Source of the DNA: Candidatus Poribacteria bacterium
GTDB lineage: Bacteria > Poribacteria > WGA-4E > WGA-3G
Assembly: GCA_965197475.1 (NCBI GenBank)
Contig: CBDANF010000003.1
Coordinates: 2,688,001 to 2,752,000 of the forward strand
Direction: 5' to 3'
Length of the DNA: 64,000 nucleotides
Made by a program: the position numbers and the translations under genes. Below, piece after piece: positions 50,801 through 60,519 of the stretch (position 1 is the stretch's first letter; each line of letters opens with the position of its first letter). Below the pieces are notes generated by a model, which made no database searches, was not told the DNA's origin, and was given only the letters and a program-made list of their open reading frames with translations.

Positions 50801-51292
50801 TCAAGCGCAGAAGAACTCCGCACAGAATTAGCCACAAGAGCCGACCCCTTGTTAGAAGTAGCAATTGAGACGCAGCTCAAAGGATTTTTAATCCAAGTTT
50901 GCAGCGGCGGGCATGATCTCACAAGTTGGATTGAGGCGATCGCAACCTTTCTCGCCAAAAAACCACCCGCATCTTGGATAGACACAGATAAGGCACAATT
51001 TGAGATTAATCTCTCTCAACTCGCAAGGAAATTCCGACATTTTGAAACGGTGTCCTATGAAAAACTACAACACACTGAATCGTCAGGCGAGACAATTCGG
51101 ATAGGCATCACGACACCGAATGAACACGAACAGGAACGGGTTGTTAACTTAACTGACGAGGAACATGCCGATAAAATAGAACAAGCGATTACAAAAGTTT
51201 TTGATGATCTTGATGCAGACGGAAACCCCGAATTTCGTCTCGCTGTTTTAGCGCGAATCTCAAAAAAAATGATGCAAGAATTTGATAAATAA
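47810..51292 (+). CDS. sspC: Large P-loop ATPase (SspC/BrxC-like)
   Basis: FRRSVHIERD, Walker A TGPYGSGKS, Walker B VVDELGKFLE, EWAKVQGRF, QNERSLFAFL. Confidence 0.7.
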   Translation: MGNVPLSDLFHIKGRFRRSVHIERDFYTENALDGYVLTVTAREMLSRLIATFENEATSKAWSLTGPYGSGKSAFALFAAKLLGNSDARTTQQAFEILKRGDASLYERFISTNGDEKRTPSGFCPVLISGERAPLSLALLRGLDRGITTSNGTQISISLRQELDNLLETVENDSLPSASEVTRLFELATHEICDAGGSGMLLVVDELGKFLEYATQHPTQGDMFILQSLAELADRSKRTPLFLMTILHQAFDVYAQRTAQSQREEWAKVQGRFEDVVFAEPTEQVLRLVGTALEKSSEIICKDNLNTAAELGLKPRQLDESEFSQLLESCLPLHPTVALLIGPLFRRFAQNERSLFAFLSSSEPYGLQDFLSNQHYDGYRLQTFSLADLYDYLNATQGNKLYASRNSKKWVEIESAIAHLSDPSDMTVKLIKTIGLLSIVSEPIPNLKASEQLLRYALDDGTEEFATEFAETLATLKKRSIIIHRRYNNTYGLWEGSDIDIESKLREAETHVDTKIALATDLSRYMPTRPLVARRHLFQTGTLRYFTIRYTDFENFDTDLKEPIGDADGLVLYALPANEYEVKQLVEKAGNIDTADHKEVLIAIPHSIGFLDDAVTQLACLHWITDNIPELESDAVARRELSMQQVEVERDMSRQLTTIFSGDKEDIRMWYSNGQTVDINSQRVRNAHLSKICDAVFHKTPLIRNELINRRKISGAATSARKKLIQAMLENGDKENLGITGYPAEMSIYRSLLWNTGIHRRVSGVWGFHPPKADDKNKITHVWNAIEIFLEKCENKRQSVIKLYERLMVPPYGVRNGPLPILLCVAIFHYRTEIALYENGSFVADLSVPVFERLLKVPEQFELKRFRLAGIRAELFAQFLKMLNQPTETENPDLLTVVTPLMRFIGRLPKYTLATQTLSDAAKRTRDTVRNAREPDELLFKQLPESLGFSAFTAKAADSKTVSDFFNTLQGALSELGSAYDQLLNSLEQMLAAAFTSESSAEELRTELATRADPLLEVAIETQLKGFLIQVCSGGHDLTSWIEAIATFLAKKPPASWIDTDKAQFEINLSQLARKFRHFETVSYEKLQHTESSGETIRIGITTPNEHEQERVVNLTDEEHADKIEQAITKVFDDLDADGNPEFRLAVLARISKKMMQEFDK

Positions 51293-51295
51293 CAC

Positions 51296-51324
51296 TTGAC
51301 TTATTTTAATTAACATGCTACAAT
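51296..51324 (+). promoter_or_regulatory. Internal promoter upstream of the PAPS-reductase-family gene
   Basis: TTGACT-17 bp-TACAAT with extended TG. Confidence 0.55.
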
Positions 51325-51361
51325 TAGAAAAAATATAACAGACCTAATTGGGAGGGACAGC

Positions 51362-52180
51362 ATGGCACAAAAAATACGTCATCTTCTCGGACTTTCGGGT
51401 GGAAAAGACAGCTCAGCACTTGCCGTTTACATGCGCGACAGAGTGCCAGAGATGGAATACTTTTTCACTGATACCGGTAAAGAATTGCCAGAGACTTACG
51501 ATTTTTTGGACCGCCTTGAAGCGTTCCTCGGCAAACCGATCGCACGTCTCAACGTAGAACGCGATTTCGATCACTGGCTAACACTACACGGAGGCTTGCT
51601 ACCATCTTCTCAAGTGCGTTGGTGTACCATCAAACTCAAAATAAGACCTTTTGAGGAATACGTCGGCGAAGATAAAGCGTTCCACTATATCGGTATCCGT
51701 GCTGACGAAGATCGTGCCGGCTACAAACCGCTGAAAACGACCGCCCTCCAAAACATCATCCCTAAATACCCATTCAAAGAGGATGGCATCACCAAAGAGG
51801 ACGTTTTCAGAATCCTTGAGGAAAGCGGACTCGGTTTGCCCGACTATTACAAGTGGCGAACACGTTCCGGGTGCTACTTCTGCTTCTTCCAACGTAAATC
51901 CGAATGGGTGGGTCTCTTAGAGCAACATCCCGACCTATTTGAACTTGCCAAAAGATACGAGAAATTCAGTCCAGAGACAGGCGAACGGTTCACGTGGAGT
52001 CAGGGTGAAAGCCTGGAGGAATTAGCAGAACCAGAACGGATAGCAGAAATCAAGGCACGTACCGAACAGGCGAAAGTATCCAAAAAAACAGCAAAACCGA
52101 ACCGTCGTCTGATAGAGATTTTGACCGATGTTCACGATGACGAAGATGATGAGGAGCCTTGTCTGGTGTGCCATAAGTGA
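51362..52180 (+). CDS. sspD: PAPS-reductase-family protein (SspD/DndC-like)
   Basis: PP-loop LSGGKDS, DTGKELPE, RWCTIKLK, GIRADE, RSGCYFC, C-terminal CLVC. Confidence 0.75.
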   Translation: MAQKIRHLLGLSGGKDSSALAVYMRDRVPEMEYFFTDTGKELPETYDFLDRLEAFLGKPIARLNVERDFDHWLTLHGGLLPSSQVRWCTIKLKIRPFEEYVGEDKAFHYIGIRADEDRAGYKPLKTTALQNIIPKYPFKEDGITKEDVFRILEESGLGLPDYYKWRTRSGCYFCFFQRKSEWVGLLEQHPDLFELAKRYEKFSPETGERFTWSQGESLEELAEPERIAEIKARTEQAKVSKKTAKPNRRLIEILTDVHDDEDDEEPCLVCHK

Positions 52181-52197
52181 TATTGTGGAGATTACCA

Positions 52198-53091
52198 ATG
52201 CCTATGGATAGAGAGTTAATCATTGAGAAATTTGATAACATTAGAATATGGAGACGAGGTGATGAAAGAGCACCTCACAAACCATTACTAATCCTATATG
52301 CGATAGGAAAATTGCTGCGCGATGGGACTCGTCTTGTTCCATACGCTGAAATAGATGAAGGTCTTGGTAGATTATTACAAGAATTTGGACCTAGCCAAAC
52401 AACACGAGGAACTGCGTATCCATTTTGGAGGTTGCAAGGAGATGGTGTTTGGGAGGTGACCAACACCGAAAATATTACACCAAACACTGCGGGTGATGCC
52501 AGCAAAACAGATCTCCTTGAAAGTAACGTTTCTGGCGGCTTCCATGAAGAGATCATAGCGCAACTTCAAAATGATTCTACATTGTCTATTGAAATAGTTC
52601 AGATGATGTTGGACAAACACTTTCCAGATTCAATTCACAGTGAAATTTTACAAGCAGTTGACATTGAATTCCCTCCCCAAGTTTTTGAAACAAGAGAACG
52701 TTTTTCTAACTTCCGAAATAGTGTTTTAAAAGCCTATGAGTACAAATGTGCTGTCTGCGGCTTTGATGTGAAATTGGGTGCTATCTCAATCGCACTAGAG
52801 GCTTCTCATATCAAATGGAAATCTCATAGTGGACCTAATAAAGAAGTGAATGGATTATGCCTCTGTGTTATGCATCATAAACTGTTTGACCTTGGGGCGT
52901 TCACGTTGTCCAAAGAACTACACATCCTTGTTTCGGATGATGCACACGGAACAAAGGGACTCAAGGAGTCGCTTACGGATTTCCACAAAAAGAAAATCAA
53001 TTTTCCGCAAAGGCAAATCTATCTCCCCGACTTAGAATTTATCGGTTGGCATGTCAGAGAGGTGTTTAAGGGAGATTATAGGGAATTGTGA
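52198..53091 (+). CDS. SBD-HNH endonuclease (phosphorothioate-binding restriction enzyme type)
   Basis: SBD-type APHKPLLIL and AYPFWRL; HNH CAVCG..LEASHIKW..GP...NGLCLCVMHHKLFD.G. Confidence 0.8.
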   Translation: MPMDRELIIEKFDNIRIWRRGDERAPHKPLLILYAIGKLLRDGTRLVPYAEIDEGLGRLLQEFGPSQTTRGTAYPFWRLQGDGVWEVTNTENITPNTAGDASKTDLLESNVSGGFHEEIIAQLQNDSTLSIEIVQMMLDKHFPDSIHSEILQAVDIEFPPQVFETRERFSNFRNSVLKAYEYKCAVCGFDVKLGAISIALEASHIKWKSHSGPNKEVNGLCLCVMHHKLFDLGAFTLSKELHILVSDDAHGTKGLKESLTDFHKKKINFPQRQIYLPDLEFIGWHVREVFKGDYREL

Positions 53092-53117
53092 TCATATAAT
53101 CAAATAGGTAATAAGAC

Positions 53118-54980
53118 ATGAAACTTACAAAAGTACGTATAACGAATTTTCAGAGCATTCAGAATTCAACCGAGTTTGATATTGACGATGTCACTTGTTT
53201 AGTAGGAAAAAATGAGGCTGGCAAGACTGCGTTATTAAAAGCACTGTACCGCTTGAATCCAATCAACGAATCGGACGGCAATTTTAATGTCACGGATGAT
53301 TATCCGCGCCAAACTATGAATGCCTACGAAGATTCTATTTTAGATGGTGAAGACCACGCAGAGGTTGTTCATGCTACCTACATGCTTGAACCCGAGGACA
53401 TAAGCATTGCCAGAGAATTTCTTGGGTCTGAATACCCTGAAGACGAAATCCCAACCATCACCCTTCGTAAAGGATATTCAAACAAACTTTTCTACGGTGG
53501 ATTGGGTATTGGCAGTAGCGAATATACATACAATGACTTGAGCGAAGATGCTGACGAAAATACTTACTATGGCTTGTCTCCGAACGCTCCAGCCGTTTTG
53601 AATCAACTTGTTGATCGTATTCCCAAATTCCTTTATTTCGATGAGTACTATCAGATGAAAGGACAGGATAACATTGAAACACTCAGACAGCGTGTTGCAA
53701 GTGATTCACTTGAAGAACCAGACCATCCATTACTTGGGTTAATTCAACTTGCGGGTCTCGATCTTGACCAGATTATTAATACACGTCAAACGGAATCCTT
53801 AATTGCGAAGTTAGAAGGAGCAGGAAACTTTCTTACTCAAAAAGTACTTCCTTATTGGTCCCAAAACCAACACCTTCGGATGAAATTTGAAATCCGTCCT
53901 GGACAACCTGAAGATCCGCAAGGTATGACTAGTGGAACAAACATCTGGGGGCGCGTAGAAGACACCAAACACTATGTTACCACTGCACTTAGAACTCGAT
54001 CTCGCGGTTTTGTCTGGTTCTTTTCTTTTCTCGCTTGGTACCACAAAATTCGCAAGGAAAACGAAAATCTCATATTACTCTTGGACGAACCAGGACTCTT
54101 CCTTCATGCAAAAGCCCAAGGCGATCTACTCCACTACTTTGAAAAAGAACTGATCCCACATCACCAACTTATCTACACAACTCACTCACCGTTTATGGTT
54201 GATCCGGGACATTTCGATCGTGTAAGAATTGTCCAAGATTTGAGCATTGAAGCGAATTCTGATAATTTATCTGAAGAGGAACAAGGGACAAAAGTTATTA
54301 CTGAAGTGCTTGATGCAATACCTGACAGTCTTTTTCCACTTCAGAGTGCCCTCGGTTACGAGATTACTCAGACACTTTTTATCGGCCCCAACAATCTCAT
54401 CGTTGAGGGAGTATCTGACTTACTGTACATTGAAACCATCTCTACACTTCTTCAGACACGAGGTAAAGATGGTTTGAGTTCCGATTGGACTATTATGCCT
54501 GTTGGCGGTTCTGACAAGGTTTTTACATTCGTTTCACTGATTGGTGCTCAGAAGGATTTGAATATTGCCGTTCTTATTGACTTTCAGAAGAAAGATCAGC
54601 AAAGAATTGAAAACCTATACAAGACGAAATTACTTAAACAGAAAAAAGTTCTCACTTACGCAGCCTTTGTGCAGGGTAATGAAGCAGATATTGAGGATAT
54701 GTTTGATCCTAACTTTTATTTAAAGTTAGTAAATAGCGTATTTGAGACATCTTTAACTACAAATGATTTGCCAAAAGGCACGCGTATCATCCGTCGTCTT
54801 GAAAACTACTTTGAGAATAATCCTATTTCTAACGACGTAAAGTTTAACCATTACAGACCTGCTTTCTATTTGAGCAAGAACCTCCAATCACTTGAGAACG
54901 ATTTAACTGATCCACAGCTTGATCGTTTCCAAAAAGCCTTTGATGTTCTGAATAAATTGCTTGTTACTCAGTCTACATAA
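53118..54980 (+). CDS. OLD-family ABC-ATPase-TOPRIM nuclease
   Basis: LVGKNEAGKT, RSRGF, LLLDEPGLFLH, YTTHSPFM; TOPRIM IVEGVSD, DIED. Confidence 0.8.
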   Translation: MKLTKVRITNFQSIQNSTEFDIDDVTCLVGKNEAGKTALLKALYRLNPINESDGNFNVTDDYPRQTMNAYEDSILDGEDHAEVVHATYMLEPEDISIAREFLGSEYPEDEIPTITLRKGYSNKLFYGGLGIGSSEYTYNDLSEDADENTYYGLSPNAPAVLNQLVDRIPKFLYFDEYYQMKGQDNIETLRQRVASDSLEEPDHPLLGLIQLAGLDLDQIINTRQTESLIAKLEGAGNFLTQKVLPYWSQNQHLRMKFEIRPGQPEDPQGMTSGTNIWGRVEDTKHYVTTALRTRSRGFVWFFSFLAWYHKIRKENENLILLLDEPGLFLHAKAQGDLLHYFEKELIPHHQLIYTTHSPFMVDPGHFDRVRIVQDLSIEANSDNLSEEEQGTKVITEVLDAIPDSLFPLQSALGYEITQTLFIGPNNLIVEGVSDLLYIETISTLLQTRGKDGLSSDWTIMPVGGSDKVFTFVSLIGAQKDLNIAVLIDFQKKDQQRIENLYKTKLLKQKKVLTYAAFVQGNEADIEDMFDPNFYLKLVNSVFETSLTTNDLPKGTRIIRRLENYFENNPISNDVKFNHYRPAFYLSKNLQSLENDLTDPQLDRFQKAFDVLNKLLVTQST

Positions 54981-55108
54981 GAACTGTAGCAACTCCAGTA
55001 CAGCAAAACTACTACCTCCCCACAAAAAACTTCCCTTGACAAACCACCACCCCGTCAAGTATAATCAATAAAAGAACCTTTAGAAATAGCAAAGGTATAA
55101 TACTTAGC

Positions 55109-55978
55109 ATGGCACAATATGATGAGATCGTGAAGCACCTGATGGATCGGTTCGCCGATGAGTTCGCCATGCTATCCTTTGGCACGCCCGATGTCCAAGT
55201 TTTAGAGACACTTGACACCGAACAACAAACGATTAAGGTGCATCGCAATGACATGACATATAAGGTGCTATGGCACAATGAGACAGTCCTTCTTCATATA
55301 GAGGTGCAAACCGAGGATAGTAGAGATAAACCGATGCCGTTGCGCGTGCTTGCATACACCAGTGAACTCCTGTTACGCCATGAACTTCCCGTGTATTCAG
55401 TGGTGCTATATCTAAGTCCAAATGCGGGACAGACCGACCCGGGCGGCTATAGTTATGGAAATGATGTCCTTGGTTTGCAGCATAAGTATCATGTGATTCG
55501 GTTGGCGGATTTAGAAGGTGCAGCGTTTTTGGAAGCAGCATCGGTTGGATTGTTGCCTTTTACACCTTTAATGAGATCGCCTACGGACATGAATACGGAA
55601 GTATGGTTGCAAAAATGTGTTGAGAAGACGGAAGCCGCACCAGTTGACACACAGACGCGTGGGACGCTGTTGTTTGCGTTATCAACGTTGGGCAGCATAG
55701 CCCATGACCTTACATTTTTACAAAAACTTATATCGGAGGAAATGATGCAAGAATCTCCTTTTATTGAACACTTAATGCAGAAAGGTGCACGTGAAAATTC
55801 CATTAATAATATTCAGTCTGTGCTAACAAAACGCTTTCCACAGAGCAATGTACAACCCATAGAACATGCACTTGAATCTATTCAAGACATTGATCTTTTG
55901 ACAGAGCTGCATCTCATAGCAATTGACACACCCAGTGTTGAGGCATTTTTACAAGAATTGAACGCATCGGAAGTGTAA
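55109..55978 (+). CDS. Rpn/YhgA-like PD-(D/E)XK nuclease family protein
   Basis: YDEIVKHL, RND, LLHIEVQT, MPLRVLAY, PVYSVVLYL, LLPFTPLM, MQESP. Confidence 0.8.
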   Translation: MAQYDEIVKHLMDRFADEFAMLSFGTPDVQVLETLDTEQQTIKVHRNDMTYKVLWHNETVLLHIEVQTEDSRDKPMPLRVLAYTSELLLRHELPVYSVVLYLSPNAGQTDPGGYSYGNDVLGLQHKYHVIRLADLEGAAFLEAASVGLLPFTPLMRSPTDMNTEVWLQKCVEKTEAAPVDTQTRGTLLFALSTLGSIAHDLTFLQKLISEEMMQESPFIEHLMQKGARENSINNIQSVLTKRFPQSNVQPIEHALESIQDIDLLTELHLIAIDTPSVEAFLQELNASEV

Positions 55979-56094
55979 AAACCTCTTCTGTCCGAGCGAT
56001 CTCGGAATCGCGACTATTTGACAAAACAGATAAAATGCCGAAAACTAAATAGCCCTGATAAAAGGACCTTTAGGAAAAAGGATCGGAAACACCG

Positions 56095-57033
56095 ATGCAG
56101 CAGCCTAAAATCACCGTCCTCGGCAGTGCAAACGTTGACCTTGTCATTCGTGCCGAACGGATGCCAAACAGAGGCGAAACCCTCATCGGAGAAACGTTTG
56201 ACATCTTCACTGGTGGCAAAGGCTTCAATCAAGCGACAGCCGCAGCCCGATTAGGCGCAGAAGTTACGCTTATCGGTAGAATAGGCGATGACCCGTTTGC
56301 TGATGTCCTCCGATCCGCAATTGAGTCCGAAAATATCGACAGCCAATTCGTCAAAACCGATGCAGAAGGCGGTACAGGTGTCGCCGCGATAGTTGTGGAA
56401 CCGGATGGCGACAACAGCATCATCGTTGTCCCACGCGCCAACATGCGCCTCACATCAAAAGACATCGCAGACGCAGCAGAAAGTATTGCAGAAGCAGACG
56501 TTTTGCTGCTACAATTAGAGACACCGATTGACGCTTCACAAAGCGCAATAGAGATAGCAAAAGGAAACGACACAATCGTAATTTTAGATCCAGCACCAGC
56601 GCGTCCACTACCGCCAAGTTTGTTAGCACAAGTGGATATTCTAACACCAAACGCAACAGAGGCAACAGTGCTATCAGAACATCTTGTTAGCACACCAGAA
56701 ACGGGTATCGCTGCTGCCAAAGCATTACAAACGCAGATAGCAGCAGATGGACTTTCTGCAGTCGTGCTAACACTTGGAGAACAAGGAGCATTACTCTGCA
56801 CACCAACGCAATCTATACATGTGCCAGCAATTCCTGTTGATGCAGTGGACACAACCGGTGCAGGAGATGCGTTCAGTGGTGCACTCGCAACAGCACTCGC
56901 AAACGGGGAGAGTCTATCTGAGGCAGTAACATTCGCCATAGCTGCAGGCGCAGCGGCAGTCACTGTACTCGGTGCAACGCCATCAATGCCGACACACGAA
57001 AAAATTGAGGCAATCCTTTCAGAAAAGTGTTAA
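56095..57033 (+). CDS. rbsK: Ribokinase
   Basis: GSANVDL, GGKGFNQA, LLQLE, TPNATEA, VDTTGAGDAFSG. Confidence 0.9.
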   Translation: MQQPKITVLGSANVDLVIRAERMPNRGETLIGETFDIFTGGKGFNQATAAARLGAEVTLIGRIGDDPFADVLRSAIESENIDSQFVKTDAEGGTGVAAIVVEPDGDNSIIVVPRANMRLTSKDIADAAESIAEADVLLLQLETPIDASQSAIEIAKGNDTIVILDPAPARPLPPSLLAQVDILTPNATEATVLSEHLVSTPETGIAAAKALQTQIAADGLSAVVLTLGEQGALLCTPTQSIHVPAIPVDAVDTTGAGDAFSGALATALANGESLSEAVTFAIAAGAAAVTVLGATPSMPTHEKIEAILSEKC

Positions 57034-57201
57034 TATAGGATTGTAGATTAGGTTTAACAGCGAAAAACAGATATGTCAAATGCTGTTCTTTCTTGTGGGA
57101 GGGCTTTCTAAGCCCGATATAGCCGTAGGTTGGGTAGAGCGGAGCGAAACCCAACACATCAATCCCCAACAATAACAAACGTCCATACAAAGGAGGAAAA
57201 A

Positions 57202-60075
57202 ATGAAAAGAATAACAGTCCTACTCATAATCTCTCTCTCATTTTTGCTAATTGCTATCACAACCTCAGCGCAAGAGAAATGGGAACGGGATATGCAAAAA
57301 GATTTCGCGAAAGTCCTAAAAGTAAAAAAAGATGCACCTAAAGAACATCGCGAGTTTATTGCAGAATGGCGAAAGAAGGGACACATCGCGGAACTCACCC
57401 AACTCTATGAGGCAGAAAAAGTTAATCATCCAGACGATGCAGCATTCATTTACGCGTTAGGTTACACCTATGCCCTCACGAACCCAAAGGAAAATGAAGG
57501 TGCGCAAGAAAAAGCAATCGGCTATTTTGAAACCGCACTGGAGCTTGACCCTTCGCTGTTTTGGGCACATTTCAGTCTCGGCGCAATCTACAAGAAACAG
57601 AAAAAATACGATGAGGCACTATCCAAATTTCAGACCAGTCTCACATTAAATCCAAAATACTATCCCGCCCACTACTATATCGGTGAAGTTCTGCTCAAAC
57701 AGGGCAAACATGCCGAAGCACTCCAATCCTTTGAAGCCGCACAGGCTTTAAACCCGAAGTGGGAATACCCAGTTTACGGTATCGGGTTAGTCCACCTTGC
57801 CCAAGGAAATCTGAATCTGGCGCGAGAAACATTTGAACGTACCATTCAAAACAACCGAAAATTCGCGCCAGCGTACGTCAAACTCGGTCAAGTGCTTGCT
57901 AAGGAAGGGTTTTTTGATGAAGCAATGCAAGAATACCAAAAATCAGCCGAATATCAGCCTTACACTGCAACAGATATCTTTGATCTGGCAGTAATTTTCG
58001 CTGAGAAAGACAACGCAGATGGTGCAGTAAAGTTGTATCAACGCGCACTGGAAATTAATCCAACACACGGTCCCGCGCATTTCGCTGTCGCAGAAATTCT
58101 TTACGCTCAAGGCGATGTTGATACTGCAGTTAACCATTATCAACAAGCAATTGCGGGTGAACCTACCCTCAAAAACGCCTTTTTTGAACCTTTAAAACCT
58201 TACTTCACAGGAATAATAAGTACTGATGACGCACGCGTATTGCTTGACAAGGCAATGGCTGTCCTGCCAGACGATCCACGCTCCTACTTCTATATGGGCA
58301 AACTTGAAGCGGATACCAGCAATGTCCAAAAAGCAATAGAACATTACAAAAAAACGCTTGAGATTGTTGAGGCAGATCCGAGTTTATTAGAAATGCAACT
58401 GCCACACGGTCACTTTAATGATTCCTATTTGCAATTGGGCGATCTATATCGTCAACAAGGCGATCTGGAGACAGCAGTAACTTATTATCGACGCGCACTT
58501 GAACTTGATCCCGCATTGGCGACGCGTTTCTGGGAACAAGGAAAATCCGCTTTCGAATCGGGCAACTATAAAGACGCTATTCAGTCGTTGAACATACACA
58601 CCATCCTATTCCCTGAAGATATTGATGCCACTTATCTTTTGGGACAGACTTACGAAGGGAATGAGGATAAAGAAAACGCACTCGTGTATTATCAAAAAAC
58701 GCTGCAGTTAGATGCGAATCGTCCTGATGTGCTTTACAAGATGGTTAATATCTATAACCAGACCGAATCTCATCAAAATGCACTGGACGCTTTGAAGAAG
58801 ATTATCGCTATTGACCCAGCGGACGCTCAGGCACACTACTTATCTGCACGCGCTTATCTCGCGTTGGAACAGGACGACGAGGCACTATCCGCGTTTCTGG
58901 AAACCATTCGTCTAAAACCCAACAACCTTGATGCGCAATATCAAGCTGGCATATTATATGAAAAGAAAGGCGATATTGACAACGCCGTTGTGCAATATGA
59001 GAAAATTATCGTTCTTGATCCTGAAAACCCCGAGCCTTTCTTCCGACTCGGTAGAATCTATGAACAACGCAAAGACGAAGATAACATGATACGTGTATAT
59101 CAACCCGCGTTGGAACTTGAACCCAACCATCCGAATATCCATCATACACTTGCTGTCATCTTTGAAAAACGGTTCAAGAAAGGTACCGAAGATCAAAAAG
59201 CATATAACATGGAACAAACACTTCATCACTACGGATTAGCAAACGAACACGATCCAGAGCATTTTGACTGGCATTATAGCTACGCTCGATTGTTAGATAC
59301 GCACGCAGAAACACTTGAAAACTACCATAAACATGCTGCAATGGCAGTTGATGAGTATTTTAAAACAATTGCGCTAAATCCAAGACATGTTGATGCTTAC
59401 TTTAACCGCGGGATAATTACCAGCCGTTATAAACGGATTGGAAATAAGACTTATCTTAGCAGTCAGATATTAGAGGATTTTAAACAGGTTGTACAATTAG
59501 ACCCAAAAAATATTGAAGCACACTTCCATATTGGAACCCTTCAACTCTGGATTGACAAGCCCAAACTTGCTGAAGAAACGTTCAAAAAGATTATCAAGCT
59601 TGATCCAAAATATAAAGGAGTTCGTACACAACTTGGAAAACTCGCTGAACGCGAAGAAAAATGGAAAGAAGCAATCAAATTTTATGAAAAGGAGATAGAA
59701 ATTGATGATAAAGCCACTGAAGCATATCAACGCCTCGGCGATCTCTACTACAATTCTGAGTTGGAATTAAATAAGGCGAAAGCGACGTTAGAGATAGCAC
59801 TCAATTTGAACGAAAACCATGTTGACACTATTATAGTGTATGCCAATGTTCTTTACAGCATGGATATGCTTGGGGGTGCTGCCGAACAGTTTGAACGCGC
59901 ACTACAAATAGATACTCGGAATTTGACCGCAAACTACAATCTCGCCTTAATGTATGAGTACACTGAACGGAACGAACTTGCGAAAACACAGTGGAAACGT
60001 TTTCTTGAATTAAATCCACCTGAACAGTGGAAAGTCGAAGCACAGAAGCATCTCAGCCAACTCGGTGGAAAGTAG
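57202..60075 (+). CDS. Secreted tetratricopeptide-repeat protein
   Basis: AGGAGG SD, signal peptide MKRITVLL, many TPR units. Confidence 0.9.
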   Translation: MKRITVLLIISLSFLLIAITTSAQEKWERDMQKDFAKVLKVKKDAPKEHREFIAEWRKKGHIAELTQLYEAEKVNHPDDAAFIYALGYTYALTNPKENEGAQEKAIGYFETALELDPSLFWAHFSLGAIYKKQKKYDEALSKFQTSLTLNPKYYPAHYYIGEVLLKQGKHAEALQSFEAAQALNPKWEYPVYGIGLVHLAQGNLNLARETFERTIQNNRKFAPAYVKLGQVLAKEGFFDEAMQEYQKSAEYQPYTATDIFDLAVIFAEKDNADGAVKLYQRALEINPTHGPAHFAVAEILYAQGDVDTAVNHYQQAIAGEPTLKNAFFEPLKPYFTGIISTDDARVLLDKAMAVLPDDPRSYFYMGKLEADTSNVQKAIEHYKKTLEIVEADPSLLEMQLPHGHFNDSYLQLGDLYRQQGDLETAVTYYRRALELDPALATRFWEQGKSAFESGNYKDAIQSLNIHTILFPEDIDATYLLGQTYEGNEDKENALVYYQKTLQLDANRPDVLYKMVNIYNQTESHQNALDALKKIIAIDPADAQAHYLSARAYLALEQDDEALSAFLETIRLKPNNLDAQYQAGILYEKKGDIDNAVVQYEKIIVLDPENPEPFFRLGRIYEQRKDEDNMIRVYQPALELEPNHPNIHHTLAVIFEKRFKKGTEDQKAYNMEQTLHHYGLANEHDPEHFDWHYSYARLLDTHAETLENYHKHAAMAVDEYFKTIALNPRHVDAYFNRGIITSRYKRIGNKTYLSSQILEDFKQVVQLDPKNIEAHFHIGTLQLWIDKPKLAEETFKKIIKLDPKYKGVRTQLGKLAEREEKWKEAIKFYEKEIEIDDKATEAYQRLGDLYYNSELELNKAKATLEIALNLNENHVDTIIVYANVLYSMDMLGGAAEQFERALQIDTRNLTANYNLALMYEYTERNELAKTQWKRFLELNPPEQWKVEAQKHLSQLGGK

Positions 60076-60229
60076 TTTATAGGTGCGGTTTCTAACCGCA
60101 CCACATCTGTCTGAATCCGCGGATTGCCGCCTCTTGTGGGAGGGCTTTCCAACCCCGATTTCTTCTATTTCTTCTGTAGGAGTGACCCCCACTTGCCTTA
60201 TGCTCACGCTGCGTGATTAACCCAAAAAG

Positions 60230-60510
60230 CCCTTAGGTGTCAATTTAGGGATATATTTCTTGTGGGAGGGCTTTCTAAGCCCGATTTTTACACCTTGAGT
60301 TCCGTAGGAACGCTATGTTTATAGAAAACGTAGTGATCAATTTCTTGAGCTCCGTAGGAGCGACATATAGATTCTATAAACATTCCGCCTCTACGAGGCT
60401 CAAGAGCGTGTTTGACCTTGTTTCTATAAACATACCGCCTCTACGAGGAAACCATACACATTACACATTCACAAAAAATAGATTCATTTCCTTAAATTGA
60501 CACCTATGGG
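60230..60510. mobile_element. MITE-like element of the CCCTTA..GTCAATTTA family, carrying REPs
   Basis: CCCTTAGGTGTCAATTTA/TAAATTGACACCTATGGG; same family as 11281-11467. Confidence 0.7.
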
Positions 60511-60519
60511 TAGAACACA

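Noticed and set aside
46879-52180. Type 4 BREX or Dnd system
   Set aside because: No pglZ, brxL or dndB/D/E in the window; the gene set fits SspBCD better.
51362-52180. Sulfate-assimilation cysH
   Set aside because: Context is DUF4007/ATPase/nucleases with no cys genes.
56229-56963. 244-aa minus-strand ORF
   Set aside because: Antisense shadow of rbsK with low-complexity Ala/Ser composition.
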